A stretch of DNA of 64,000 nt from Phyllobates terribilis (GCF_046119375.1 NW_027362763.1:420298001-420362000); one strand, 5' to 3'. Positions 1 through 16,671 are shown, counted from the stretch's first letter. Notes: a model not told the origin generated them from the letters alone. Numbers and translations are program-made.

Positions 1-3000
1 GACCTACGCATTATACATATACACATTATATAGACACATGACCTGCGCATTATACATATACACATTATATGGACACATGACCTACGCATTATACATATAC
101 ACATTATACGGCCACATGCCCTACGCATTATACATATACACATTATACGGCCACATGCCCTACGCATTATACATATACACATTATATGGACACATGCCCT
201 ACGCATTATACATATACACATTATATGGACACATGACCTACGCATTATACATATACACATTATATGGACACATGACCTACGCATTATACATATACACATT
301 ATATGGCCACATGCCCTACGCATTATACATATACACATTATATGGACACATGACCTACGCATTATACATATACACATTATACGGCCACATGCCCTACGCA
401 TTATACATATACACATTATACGGCCACATGCCCTACGCATTATACATATACACATTATACGGCCACATGCCCTACGCATTATACATATACACATTATACG
501 GCCACATGCCCTACGCATTATACATATACACATTATACGGACACATGACCTACGCATTATACATATACACATTATACGGCCACATGCCCTACGCATTATA
601 CATATACACATTATATGGACACATGACCTACGCATTATACATATACATATTATATGGACACATGACCTACGCATTATACATATACACATTATACGGCCAC
701 ATGCCCTACGCATTATACATATACACATTATATGGACACATGACCTACGCATTATACATATACACATTATACGGCCACATGCCCTACGCATTATACATAT
801 ACACATTATATGGACACATGACCTACGCATTATACATATACACATTATATGGACACATGACCTACGCATTAAACATATACACATTATATGGACACATGAC
901 CTACGCATTATACATATACACATGATATGGACACATGACCTACGCATTATACATATACACATTATATGGACACATGACCTACGCATTATACATATACACA
1001 TTATATGGACACATGACCTACGCATTATACATATACACATTATATGGACACATGACCTACGCATTATACATATACACATTATATGGACACATGACCTACG
1101 CATTATACATATACACATTATACGGCCACATGCCCTACGCATTATACATATACACATTATACGGCCACATGCCCTACGCATTATACATACACACATTATA
1201 TGGACACATGACCTACGCATTATACATATACACATTATATGGACACATGACCTACGCATTATACATATACACATTATACGGCCACATACCCTACGCATTA
1301 TACATATACACATTATACGGCCACATGCCCTACGCATTATACATATACACATTATATGGACACATGACCTACGCATTATACATATACACATTATATGGAC
1401 ACATGACCTACGCATTATACATATACACATTATACGGCCACATGCCCTACGCATTATACATATACTCATTATATGGACACATGCCCTACGCATTATACAT
1501 ATACACATTATATGGACACATGACCTACGCATTATACATATACACATTATATGGACACATGACCTACGCATTATACATATACACATTATATGGACACATG
1601 ACCTACGCATTATACATATACACATTATACGGACACATGACCTACGCATTATACATATACACATTATACGGCCACATGCCCTACGCATTATACATATACA
1701 CATTATATGGACACATGACCTACGCATTATACATATACACATTATATGGACACATGACCTACGCATTATACATATACACATTATATGGACACATGACCTA
1801 CGCATTATACATATACACATTATACGGCCACATGCCCTACGCATTATACATATACACATTATATGGACACATGCCCTACGCATTATACATATACACATTA
1901 TATGGACACATGACCTACGCATTATACATATACACATTATATGGACACATGACCTACGCATTATACATATACACATTATATGGCCACATGCCCTACGCAT
2001 TATACATATACACATTATACGGCCACATGCCCTACGCATTATACATATACACATTATATGGACACATGACCTACGCATTATACATATACACATTATACGG
2101 CCACATGCCCTACGCATTATACATATACACATTATACGGCCACATGCCCTACGCATTATACATATACACATTATATGGACACATGACCTACGCATTATAC
2201 ATATACACATTATATGGACACATGACCTACGCATTATACATATACACATTATATGGACACATGACCTACGCATTATACATATACACATTATACGGCCACA
2301 TGCCCTACGCATTATACATATACACATTATATGGACACATGCCCTACGCATTATACATATACACATTATATGGACACATGACCTACGCATTATACATATA
2401 CACATTATATGGACACATGACCTACGCATTATACATATACACATTATATGGACACATGACCTACGCATTATACATATACACATTATATGGACACATGACC
2501 TACGCATTATACATATACACATTATATGGACACATGACCTACGCATTATACATATACACATTATATGGACACATGACCTACGCATTATACATATACACAT
2601 TATACGGACACATGACCTACGCATTATACATATACACATTATACGGACACATGACCTACGCATTATACATATACACATTATACGGCCACATGCCCTACGT
2701 ATTATACATATACACATTATATGGACACATGACCTACGCATTATACATATACACATTATATGGACACATGACCTACGCATTATACATATACACATTATAC
2801 GGCCACATGCCCTACGCATTATACATATACTCATTATATGGACACATGACCTACGCATTATACATATACACATTATACGGCCACATGCCCTACGCATTAT
2901 ATATATACACATTATATGGACACATGACCTACGCATTAAACATATACACATTATATGGACACATGACCTACGCATTATACATATACACATTATATGGACA

Positions 3001-6000
3001 CATGCCCTACGCATTATACATATACACATTATATGGACACATGACCTACGCATTACACATATACACATTATATGGACACATGACCTACGCATTATACATA
3101 TACATATTATATGGACAGATGACCTACGCATTATACATATACACATTATATGGACACATGACCTACGCATTATACATATACACATTATACGGCCACATGC
3201 CCTACGCATTATACATATACACATTATATGGACACATGACCTACGCATTATACATATACACATTATACGGCCACATGCCCTACGCATTATACATATACAC
3301 ATTATATGGACACATGACCTACGCATTAAACATATACACATTATATGGACACATGACCTACGCATTATACATATACACATGATATGGACACATGACCTAC
3401 GCATTATACATATACACATTATATGGACACATGACCTACGCATTATACATATACACATTATATGGACACATGACCTAAGCATTATACATATACACATTAT
3501 ATGGACACATGATCTACGCATTATACATATACACATTATATGGACACATGACCTACGCATTAAACATATACACATTATATGGACACATGACCTACGCATT
3601 ATACATATACACATGATATGGACACACGACCTACGCATTATAAATATACACATTATATGGACACATGACCTAAGCATTATACATATACACATTATATGGA
3701 CACACGACCTACGCATTATACATATACACATTATACATATACACATTATATGGACACATGACCTACGCATTATACATATACACATTATATGGACACATGC
3801 CCTACGCATTATACATATACACATTATATGGACACATGACCTACGCATTATACATATACACATTATACGGACACATGACCTACGCATTATACATATACAC
3901 ATTATACGGCCACATGCCCTACGCATTATACATATACACATTATACGGACACATGCCCTATGCATTATACATATACACATTATATGGACACATGACCTAC
4001 GCATTATACATATACACATTATATAGACACATGACCTGCGCATTATACATATACACATTATATGGACACATGACCTACGCATTATACATATACACATTAT
4101 ACGGCCACATGCCCTACGCATTATACATATACACATTATACGGCCACATGCCCTACGCATTATACATATACACATTATATGGACACATGCCCTACGCATT
4201 ATACATATACACATTATATGGACACATGACCTACGCATTATACATATACACATTATATGGACACATGACCTACGCATTATACATATACACATTATATGGC
4301 CACATGCCCTACGCATTATACATATACACATTATATGGACACATGACCTACGCATTATACATATACACATTATACGGCCACATGCCCTACGCATTATACA
4401 TATACACATTATACGGCCACATGCCCTACGCATTATACATATACACATTATACGGCCACATGCCCTACGCATTATACATATACACATTATACGGCCACAT
4501 GCCCTACGCATTATACATATACACATTATACGGACACATGACCTACGCATTATACATATACACATTATACGGCCACATGCCCTACGCATTATACATATAC
4601 ACATTATATGGACACATGACCTACGCATTATACATATACACATTATATGGACACATGACCTACGCATTATACATATACACATTATACGGCCACATGCCCT
4701 ACGCATTATACATATACACATTATATGGACACATGACCTACGCATTATACATATACACATTATACGGCCACATGCCCTACGCATTATACATATACACATT
4801 ATATGGACACATGACCTACGCATTATACATATACACATTATATGGACACATGACCTACGCATTAAACATATACACATTATATGGACACATGACCTACGCA
4901 TTATACATATACACATGATATGGACACATGACCTACGCATTATACATATACACATTATATGGACACATGACCTACGCATTATACATATACACATTATATG
5001 GACACATGACCTACGCATTATACATATACACATTATATGGACACATGACCTACGCATTATACATATACACATTATATGGACACATGACCTACGCATTATA
5101 CATATACACATTATACGGCCACATGCCCTACGCATTATACATATACACATTATACGGCCACATGCCCTACGCATTATACATACACACATTATATGGACAC
5201 ATGACCTACGCATTATACATATACACATTATATGGACACATGACCTACGCATTATACATATACACATTATACGGCCACATACCCTACGCATTATACATAT
5301 ACACATTATACGGCCACATGCCCTACGCATTATACATATACACATTATATGGACACATGACCTACGCATTATACATATACACATTATATGGACACATGCC
5401 CTACGCATTATACATATACACATTATATGGACACATGACCTACGCATTATACATATACACATTATATGGACACATGACCTACGCATTATACATATACACA
5501 TTATATGGACACATGACCTACGCATTATACATATACACATTATACGGCCACATGCCCTACGCATTATACATATACACATTATACGGCCACATGCCCTACG
5601 CATTATACATATACACATTATATGGACACATGACCTACGCATTATACATATACACATTATATGGACACATGACCTACGCATTATACATATACACATTATA
5701 TGGACACATGACCTACGCATTATACATATACACATTATACGGCCACATGCCCTACGCATTATACATATACACATTATATGGACACATGCCCTACGCATTA
5801 TACATATACACATTATATGGACACATGACCTACGCATTATACATATACACATTATATGGACACATGACCTACGCATTATACATATACACATTATATGGAC
5901 ACATGACCTACGCATTATACATATACACATTATATGGACACATGACCTACGCATTATACATATACACATTATACGGACACATGACCTACGCATTATACAT

Positions 6001-9000
6001 ATACACATTATACGGACACATGACCTACGCATTATACATATACACATTATACGGCCACATGCCCTACGCATTATACATATACACATTATACGGCCACATG
6101 CCCTACGCATTATACATATACACATTATATGGACACATGACCTACGCATTATACATATACACATTATACGGCCACATGCCCTACGCATTATACATATACA
6201 CATTATATGGACACATGACCTACGCATTATACATATACACATTATATGGACACATGACCTACGCATTATACATATACACATTATATGGACACATGACCTA
6301 CGCATTATACATATACACATTATATGGACACATGACCTACGCATTATACATATACACATTATACGGCCACATGCCCTACGCATTATACATATACACATTA
6401 TATGGACACATGCCCTACGCATTATACATATACACATTATATGGACACATGACCTACGCATTATACATATACACATTATATGGACACATGACCTACGCAT
6501 TATACATATACACATTATATGGACACATGACCTACGCATTATACATATACACATTATATGGACACATGACCTACGCATTATACATATACACATTATATGG
6601 ACACATGACCTACGCATTATACATATACACATTATATGGACACATGACCTACGCATTATACATATACACATTATACGGACACATGACCTACGCATTATAC
6701 ATATACACATTATACGGACACATGACCTACGCATTATACATATACACATTATACGGACACATGACCTACGCATTATACATATACACATTATACGGCCACA
6801 TGCCCTACGTATTATACATATACACATTATATGGACACATGACCTACGCATTATACATATACACATTATATGGACACATGACCTACGCATTATACATATA
6901 CACATTATACGGCCACATGCCCTACGCATTATACATATACACATTATATGGACACATGACCTACGCATTATACATATACACATTATACGGCCACATGCCC
7001 TACGCATTATATATATACACATTATATGGACACATGACCTACGCATTAAACATATACACATTATATGGACACATGACCTACGCATTATACATATACACAT
7101 TATATGGACACATGCCCTACGCATTATACATATACACATTATATGGACACATGACCTACGCATTACACATATACACATTATATGGACACATGACCTACGC
7201 ATTATACATATACACATTATATGGACAGATGACCTACGCATTATACATATACACATTATATGGACACATGACCTACGCATTATACATATACACATTATAC
7301 GGCCACATGCCCTACGCATTATACATATACACATTATATGGACACATGACCTACGCATTATACATATACACATTATACGGCCACATGCCCTACGCATTAT
7401 ACATATACACATTATATGGACACATGACCTACGCATTAAACATATACACATTATATGGACACATGACCTACGCATTATACATATACACATGATATGGACA
7501 CATGACCTACGCATTATACATATACACATTATATGGACACATGACCTACGCATTATACATATACACATTATATGGACACATGACCTAAGCATTATACATA
7601 TACACATTATATGGACACATGACCTACGCATTATACATATACACATTATATGGACACATGACCTACGCATTAAACATATACACATTATATGGACACATGA
7701 CCTACGCATTATACATATACACATGATATGGACACACGACCTACGCATTATAAATATACACATTATATGGACACACGACCTAAGCATTATACATATACAC
7801 ATTATATGGACACACGACCTACGCATTATACATATACACATTATACGGCCACATGCCCTACGCATTATACATATACACATTATATGGACACATGACCTAC
7901 GCATTATACATATACACATTATACGGCCACATGCCCTACGCATTATACATATACACATTATATGGACACATGACCTACGCATTATACATATACACATTAT
8001 ACGGCCACATGCCCTACGCATTATACATATACACATTATATGGACACATGACCTACGCATTATACATATACACATTATACGGCCACATGACCTACGCATT
8101 ATACATATACACATTATACGGCCACATGCCCTACGTATTATACATATACACATTATATGGACACATGACCTACGCATTATACATATACATATTATATGGA
8201 CACATGACCTACGCATTATACATATACACATTATACGGCCACATGCCCTACGCATTATACATATACACATTATATGGACACATGACCTACGCATTATACA
8301 TATACACATTATACGGCCACATGACCTACGCATTATACATATACACATTATACGGCCACATGCCCTACGTATTATACATATACACATTATATGGACACAT
8401 GACCTACGCATTATACATATACACATTATACGGCCACATGACCTACGCATTATACATATACACATTATACGGCCACATGCCCTACGTATTATACATATAC
8501 ACATTATATGGACACATGACCTACGCATTATACATATACACATTATATGGACACATGACCTACGCATTACACATATACACATTATATGGACACATGACCT
8601 ACGCATTATACATATACACATTATATGGACACATGACCTACGCATTATACATATACACATTATACGGCCACATACCCTACGCATTATACATATACACATT
8701 ATACGGCCACATGCCCTACGCATTATACATATACACATTATATGGACACATGACCTACGCATTATACATATACACATTATATGGACACATGCCCTACGCA
8801 TTATACATATACACATTATATGGACACATGACCTACGCATTATACATATACACATTATATGGACACATGACCTACGCATTATACATATACACATTATATG
8901 GACACATGACCTACGCATTATACATATACACATTATATGGACACATGACCTACGCATTATACATATACACATTATATGGACACATGACCTACGCATTATA

Positions 9001-10244
9001 CATATACACATTATACGGCCACATGTCCTACGCATTATACATATACACATTATATGGACACATGACCTACGCATTATACATATACACATTATATGGACAC
9101 ATGACCTACGCATTATACATATACACATTATATGGACACATGACCTACGCATTATACATATACACATTATATGGACACATGACCTACGCATTATACATAT
9201 ACACATTATATGGACACATGACCTACGCATTATACATATACACATTATACGGCCACATGCCCTACGCATTATACATATACACATTATACGGCCACATGTC
9301 CTACGCATTATACATATACACATTATATGGACACATGACCTACGCATTATACATATACACATTATATGGACACATGACCTACGCATTATACATATACACA
9401 TTATATGGACACATGACCTACGCATTATACATATACACATTATACGGACACATGACCTACGCATTATACATATACACATTATACGGCCACATGCCCTACG
9501 CATTATACATATACACATTATATGGACACATGCCCTACGCATTATACATATACACATTATATGGAAACATGACCTACGCATTATACATATACACATTATA
9601 TGGACACATGACCTACGCATTATACATATACACATTATATGGACACATGACCTACGCATTATACATATACACATTATATGGACACATGACCTACGCATTA
9701 TACATATACACATTATACGGACACATGACCTACGCATTATACATATACACATTATACGGACACATGACCTACGCATTATACATATACACATTATACGGAC
9801 ACATGACCTACGCATTATACATATACACATTATACGGCCACATGCCCTACGTATTATACATATACACATTATATGGACACATGACCTACGCATTATACAT
9901 ATACACATTATACGGCCACATGCCCTACGCATTATACATATACACATTATACGGCCACATGCCCTACGCATTATACATATACACATTATACGGCCACATG
10001 CCCTACGCATTATACATATACACATTATATGGACACATGACCTACGCATTATACATATACACATTATATGGACACATGACCTACGCATTATACATATACA
10101 CATTATATGGACACATGACCTACGCATTATACATATACACATTATACGGCCACATGCCCTACGCATTATACATATACACATTATATGGACACATGACCTA
10201 CGCATTATACATATACACATTATATGGACACATGACCTACGCAT
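1..10244. repeat. 39-bp tandem repeat array (about 262 units; left end outside the window)
   Basis: The unit GACCTACGCATTATACATATACACATTATATGGACACAT repeats from base 1 to about 10244, with a common variant GCCCTACGC...TACGGCCACAT. A 15-bp duplication lies at 3721-3750, and degenerate copies follow at about 10245-10350. Confidence 0.99.
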
Positions 10245-10957
10245 AAACACATTATACAGAGACATAATCTGTTAGCACATTATATAAATACATTACCTAT
10301 ATACACATGACCATATAACTACACACATTATATTGGGACATGACATATACATACTTACTCTCTTCATCAGCATTTATCCAGTGGCAGCAGTGGGGGATTC
10401 CTGACCTTGGAAATCAGCAGTAGTAGCAGCTTGTACACCCTGTCAGCCCTGCACACCCTCCCCCGTCACGACTGCTGAGCTGTCTGTAACATTACAGGAG
10501 GTGGGGGATGGGGTGCTGTGCAGGCACAGAGGAGAGAGTTGTGATCTATATCCCCTCTCCCTAAAGCCGGTGGCTATATTCCCTGACAGACCTGGCCTGA
10601 GTCCTCATTAACCTCCTTCCTCCCCCATCCAACATATACTCCCCCTAGGTGGCGCTGTGCAATTGCTCTGCACATGGATCCTCTGCTCTGACTTGCCAGA
10701 AGGACGAGCAGGGAGAGAAGCACATCCACTGCCCGCAGGGGAGCCTGAACCCTGCCTGTTGTGTGGTGCGTGCACTCGTACTTATGATCCAGGCCCCGGA
10801 TCTAAGTGCATAGTGACGCCCCTGACTGGGCCTGATTGGTGGAGCAGCAGCACATGCGGCCCTGCACAGATGCCGGGGAAGCGGCCCGGGCCCCGACGGG
10901 CAGTGGGCCCCCCTGATGGTCCAGGGCCCCGGCACTTGCCCGGGTACGCCGGCCCTG
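10245..10957. mobile_element. Right end of a putative non-autonomous hAT-type element
   Basis: Ends ...CGGGTACGCCGGCCCTG, i.e. CAGGGCCGGC on the minus strand, a hAT-like CAG terminus, with GGGCCCC subterminal motifs. The left end and TSD are not in the window. Confidence 0.5.
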
Positions 10958-11400
10958 CCCAGGAGCTTCACAGAAGTTTATAACATGGCGCCGGTAAAAT
11001 AAAAATATCAACCTTTTTCCACAAAAATTATGTTTTAGCCCCAAATTTTTTATTTTCACAAAGGTAAGAGGAGAAAATGGACCCCAAAAAACTGTTGTGC
11101 AATTTTTCCTGAGTATGCCGATGCCCCACATATGGGGAAAATACACTGTTTGGGCTCACGGCAGGGTTCAGAAGGGAAGGAGCACTGTGTGACTTTTTGA
11201 ACGCAAAATTGGCTGCAATTGAGAACGGATGCCATGTCGCATTAGGAGAGCCCTTGATGCGCCTAAACATTGGAAACCCCCCAGAAGTGACTCCATTTTG
11301 GAAACTAGACCCCTCAAGGATTTTATTAAGGGGTATAGTAAACATTTTGTTTGACACAGAATTTGATAACATTAGGTCATCATATTGAATAAGTTGTCAT

Positions 11401-11669
11401 TAGTTTTGAGCGCAAGTGCTCGCTACTTGAGTTTGCATCGGGTATGCACCATGTATCACGGGTGCTCAAGTGACCTGCTCGAGTCCCCGCCCCGCATGTT
11501 TCACAGTTATTATACACCCAAAAAAAAACATGCGGGGATCGCTCATGCATGGCAGGCAATCCCCGCAAGTTTTTTTGGCTGTATAACAGCTGCAAAACAT
11601 ATGGGGCGGAGACTCAAGCACCCGCGGTGCATACCCGAGCACCTGATGTAAACTCAAGTAGCGAGCACT
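11401..11669. mobile_element. hAT-derived palindromic MITE
   Basis: Starts TAGTTTTGAGCG (cf. TAGTGATGAGCG of the hAT at 45766). Arms AGTGCTCGCTACTTGAGTTT and AAACTCAAGTAGCGAGCACT are inverted. It shares GCATGGCAGGCAATCCC with the hAT subterminal region near 56140. The outermost right terminus is missing. Confidence 0.7.
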
Positions 11670-11683
11670 TTTTGTAAAAATAC

Positions 11684-11893
11684 CAACCCCAACACAACCC
11701 TAACCCCAATCCTAATACAACTCCAACCCTAGCATAACCCCAACCATAACCCTAGCCCAACCCTCACCCAACCATATCCCTAGCCTAACCCTAGCCCAAC
11801 CCTGACCCTAGCCCAACCCTGACCCTAGCCCAACCCTGACCCTAGCCCAACCCTAACCCTAGCACAACCCTAACCCTAGCACAACCCTAGCCC
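11684..11893. repeat. Degenerate telomere-like (AACCCT/AGCCC) repeat
   Basis: Run of AACCCT, AACCCC, AGCCCA and GACCCT hexamer variants, including several AACCCTGACCCTAGCCC units. Confidence 0.85.
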
Positions 11894-12676
11894 TGAAGTT
11901 TAATATTTACTCCGTTCCTCGTGCGGTATAAGTGAATAGACCACTTTAATCTTCAGTTAGCTGCGATTACAGCGATGCCAGATTCATATCGGGTTTTTAT
12001 GACTGACAGCTGTTACACACTAAAAGACGCTTTTTTTTGCATAGACTAGTTTTTGGTCACCATATTTTGAGAGCTATAATTTTTTCATATTTTGGCCGAC
12101 AGAGTCATGTGATGGCTTGTTTTTTGCGGGACAAGTTTTTATTGGTACTATTTTCGACCACATAACATTTTTTGATAGCTTTCTATTCCGATTTTTGGGA
12201 GGCAGAATAAACAAAAACCAACAATTCCGAAATTGTTTTTTTCTTTTTCTTATGCCGTTCCGCATGTGATAAAATTGATAAGGCAGCTTTATTCTTCGGG
12301 TCAGTACGTTTACAGCGGTACCACATTTATATCGTTTTTACACAATAAAAACTATTTTATAGAGAAGAATTGTTTTTGCATAGCTTTATTCTGAGAGCTA
12401 TAACTTTTTTATTTTTCGATCTTTGGAGCTATATGGCGGCTTGTTTTTTGCAGGACTAGATGACTGTTTCAGCGGTACCATTTTATTTGCATTCGACTTT
12501 TTGATCGCCTTTTATTTAATTTTTTGTTTGGCGGTATGATGATAAAGCATCGTTTTTTTCTTCGTTTTTTATTTTATTTTTTTTACCGTGTTCACTAAAG
12601 GGGTTAACTAGTGGGACAGTTTTATAGGTCAGGTCTTCCGGACGCAGCAATACCAAATATGTGTTCTTTTATCTTT

Positions 12677-12681
<5 letters not shown>

Positions 12682-12745
<64 letters not shown>
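12682..12745. repeat. (TA)n microsatellite
   Basis: Pure TA run abutting the Tc1 terminus. Confidence 0.97.
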
Positions 12746-12748
<3 letters not shown>

Positions 12749-14359
12749 TACAGACCTAAAGTTTGGACACACCTCATTTAAAGATTTTTTCTGTATTTTC
12801 ATGACTATAAAAATTGTACATTCACACTGAAGGCATCAAAACTATGAATTAACACATGTGGCATTATATACTTAACAAAAAAATGTGAAACAACTGAAAA
12901 TATGTCTTATATTCTAGGTTCTTCAAAGTAGCCACCTTTTGCTTTGATGACTGCTTTGCACACTCTTGGCATTCTCTTGATGAGCTTCAAGACGTAGTCA
13001 CCGGAAATGGTCTACCAACAATCTTGAAGGAGTTCCCAGAGATGCTTAGCACTTGTTGGCCCTTTTGCCTTCACTCTGCGGTCCAGCTCACCCCAAACCA
13101 TCTCGATTGGGTTCAGGTCTGGTGACTGTGGAGGCCAGGTCATCTGGCATAGCACCCCATCACTCTCCTTCTTGGTCAAATAGCCCTTACACAGCCTGGA
13201 GGTGTGTTTGAGGTCATTGTCCTGATGAAAAATAAATGATGGTCCAACTAAACACAAACCGGATGGAATATCATGCCGCTGATAGATGCTGTGGTAGCCA
13301 TGTTGGTTCAGTATGCCTTCAATTTTGAATAAATCCCCAACAGTGTCACCAGTAAAGCACCCCCACACCATCACACCTCCTCCTCCATGCTTCACGGTGG
13401 GAACCAGGCATGTAGAGTCCATCCGTTCACCTTTTCTGCGTCGCCCAAAGACACTGTGGTTGGAACCAAAGATCTCAAATTTGGACTCATCAGACCAAAG
13501 CAGATTTCCACTGGTCTAATGTCCATTCCTTGTGTTCTTTAGCCCAAACAAGTCTCTTCTGCTTGTTGCCTGTCCTTAGCCGTGGTTTCCTAGCAGCTAT
13601 TTTACCATGAAGGCCTGCTGCACAAAGTCTCCTCTTAACAGTTGTTGAAGAGATGTGTCTGCTGCTAGAACTCTGTGTGGCATTGACCTGGTCTCCAATC
13701 TGAGCTGCTGTTAACCTGCGATTTCTGAGGCTGGTGACTTGGATAAACTTAGCCTCAGAAGCAGAGGTGACTCTTGGTCTTCCTTTCCTGGGGTGGTCGT
13801 CATGTGAGCCAGTTTCTTTGTAGCGCTTGATGGTTTTTGCAACTGCACTTGGGGACACTTTCAAAGTTTTCCCAATTTTTCACACTGGCTGACCTTCATT
13901 TCTTAAAGTAATGATGACCACTTGTTTTTCGTTACTTAGAATTTGTATTATGGCAAGAAAAAAGCAGCTAACAGTCTATTCAGTAGGATTATCAGCTGTG
14001 TTTCCACCTGACTTCTGCACAACACAACTGATGGTCCCAACCCTATTTATAAGGTTAGAAATCCCACTTATTAAACCTGACAGGGCACACCTGTGACGTG
14101 AAAACCATTTCCGGTGACTACCTCTTGAAGCTCATCAAGAGTGTGCAAAGCAGTCATCAAAGCAAAAGGTGACTACTTTGAAGAACCTAGAATATAAGAC
14201 ATATTTCAGTTGTTTCACACTTTTTTGTTAAGTATATAATTCCACATGTGTTAATTCATAGTTTTGATGCCTTCAGTGTGAATGTACAATTTTCAAAGTC
14301 ATGAAAATACAGAAAAATCTTTAAATGAGAAGGTGTGTCCAAACTTTTGGTCTGTACTG
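12746..14359 (-). mobile_element. Tc1-like DNA transposon A (long TIRs, defective)
   Basis: Termini CAGTACAGACC...GGTCTGTACTG flanked by TA. Inverted repeats of about 260 bp (12746-13011 and 14104-14359). Same family as 57846-59475. Confidence 0.95.
12907..13967 (-). pseudogene. Tc1 transposase pseudogene
   Basis: ORF fragments 13490-13864 (HTH, GRPR) and 13012-13422 ([25 protein letters not shown]). Frameshifted, with stops and an inverted start-codon segment. Confidence 0.92.
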
Positions 14360-14367
14360 TATATATA

Positions 14368-15937
<1,570 letters not shown>

Positions 15938-16167
15938 TATATATAATTTACAATTTTGTTTTATTTATTTTTTTCACTTTCTGGCACTTTTTTTTTACTT
16001 TTACACTTTGTCCCACTATGGGACTTTCACTTTTTGCAGCCTGATCGACTGTATAGCACAGCAGCACCATCCCTGTGCTATACAGCCTGTCATCGCTGCA
16101 CAGAGAGAAGTTACTTTGGTCGTGCACTGCGCATGACCAAAGTAACTTCCTGCTGTCTGGTGTGCCG

Positions 16168-16247
16168 GATGTTGTCATGACGACATCGGGTTGTCATGAC
16201 GACATCGGGTTGTCATGACGACATCGGGTTGTCATGACAACATCCGG
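16168..16247. repeat. 19-bp palindromic tandem repeat x4
   Basis: GTTGTCATGACGACATCGG at 16171, 16190 and 16209, and a variant ending GACAACATCCGG at 16228. Confidence 0.92.
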
Positions 16248-16671
16248 GAGCCGCCGCAGACATCGCAGGACGGCGGCAGGAGAGGTGAGTATCGCGCTTA
16301 CCTCCCCTTGCCCTTGCAATGCTGCGATCGACTTAGATCGCAGCATTGCAGGGGTTAATGTGCCAGCAGCGGTGCGGGACCGCTCCTGGCACATAGCACA
16401 GAGTGTCAGCTGTGACAATCAGCTGACACCCGGCGGCGATCGCCCCGCACCACTTGTGTGCGGACGCGATCGAAGCGTGCGTAATAGTACGCAGCTGGCC
16501 CTATAGGCCCAGGGCGCAGCTACGTATTATTACTGACAAGGTTGGAAACGGGTTAATCCTACAATCTACCATACATAATGTCATCAAAAGATGAAGTGCA
16601 ATCCACAAATTGTAATGCACATTAAATAAATGCATGCTAAAGCTTTATTTGCATGTTCAACTTTTGTTTGC

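Noticed and set aside
1-10244. CRISPR array
   Set aside because: There are no unique spacers and no cas genes, and the context is eukaryotic.
38-10275. Very long ORFs (YALYIYTLYGHMT and IIHIHIIWTHDLR repeats), plus an unlisted stop-free minus-strand frame (SCVHIMCICIMRR repeats) running off the window
   Set aside because: The 39-bp unit is a multiple of 3 and lacks stops in three frames, so long ORFs arise automatically. Variants are not biased toward synonymous changes in any obvious frame.
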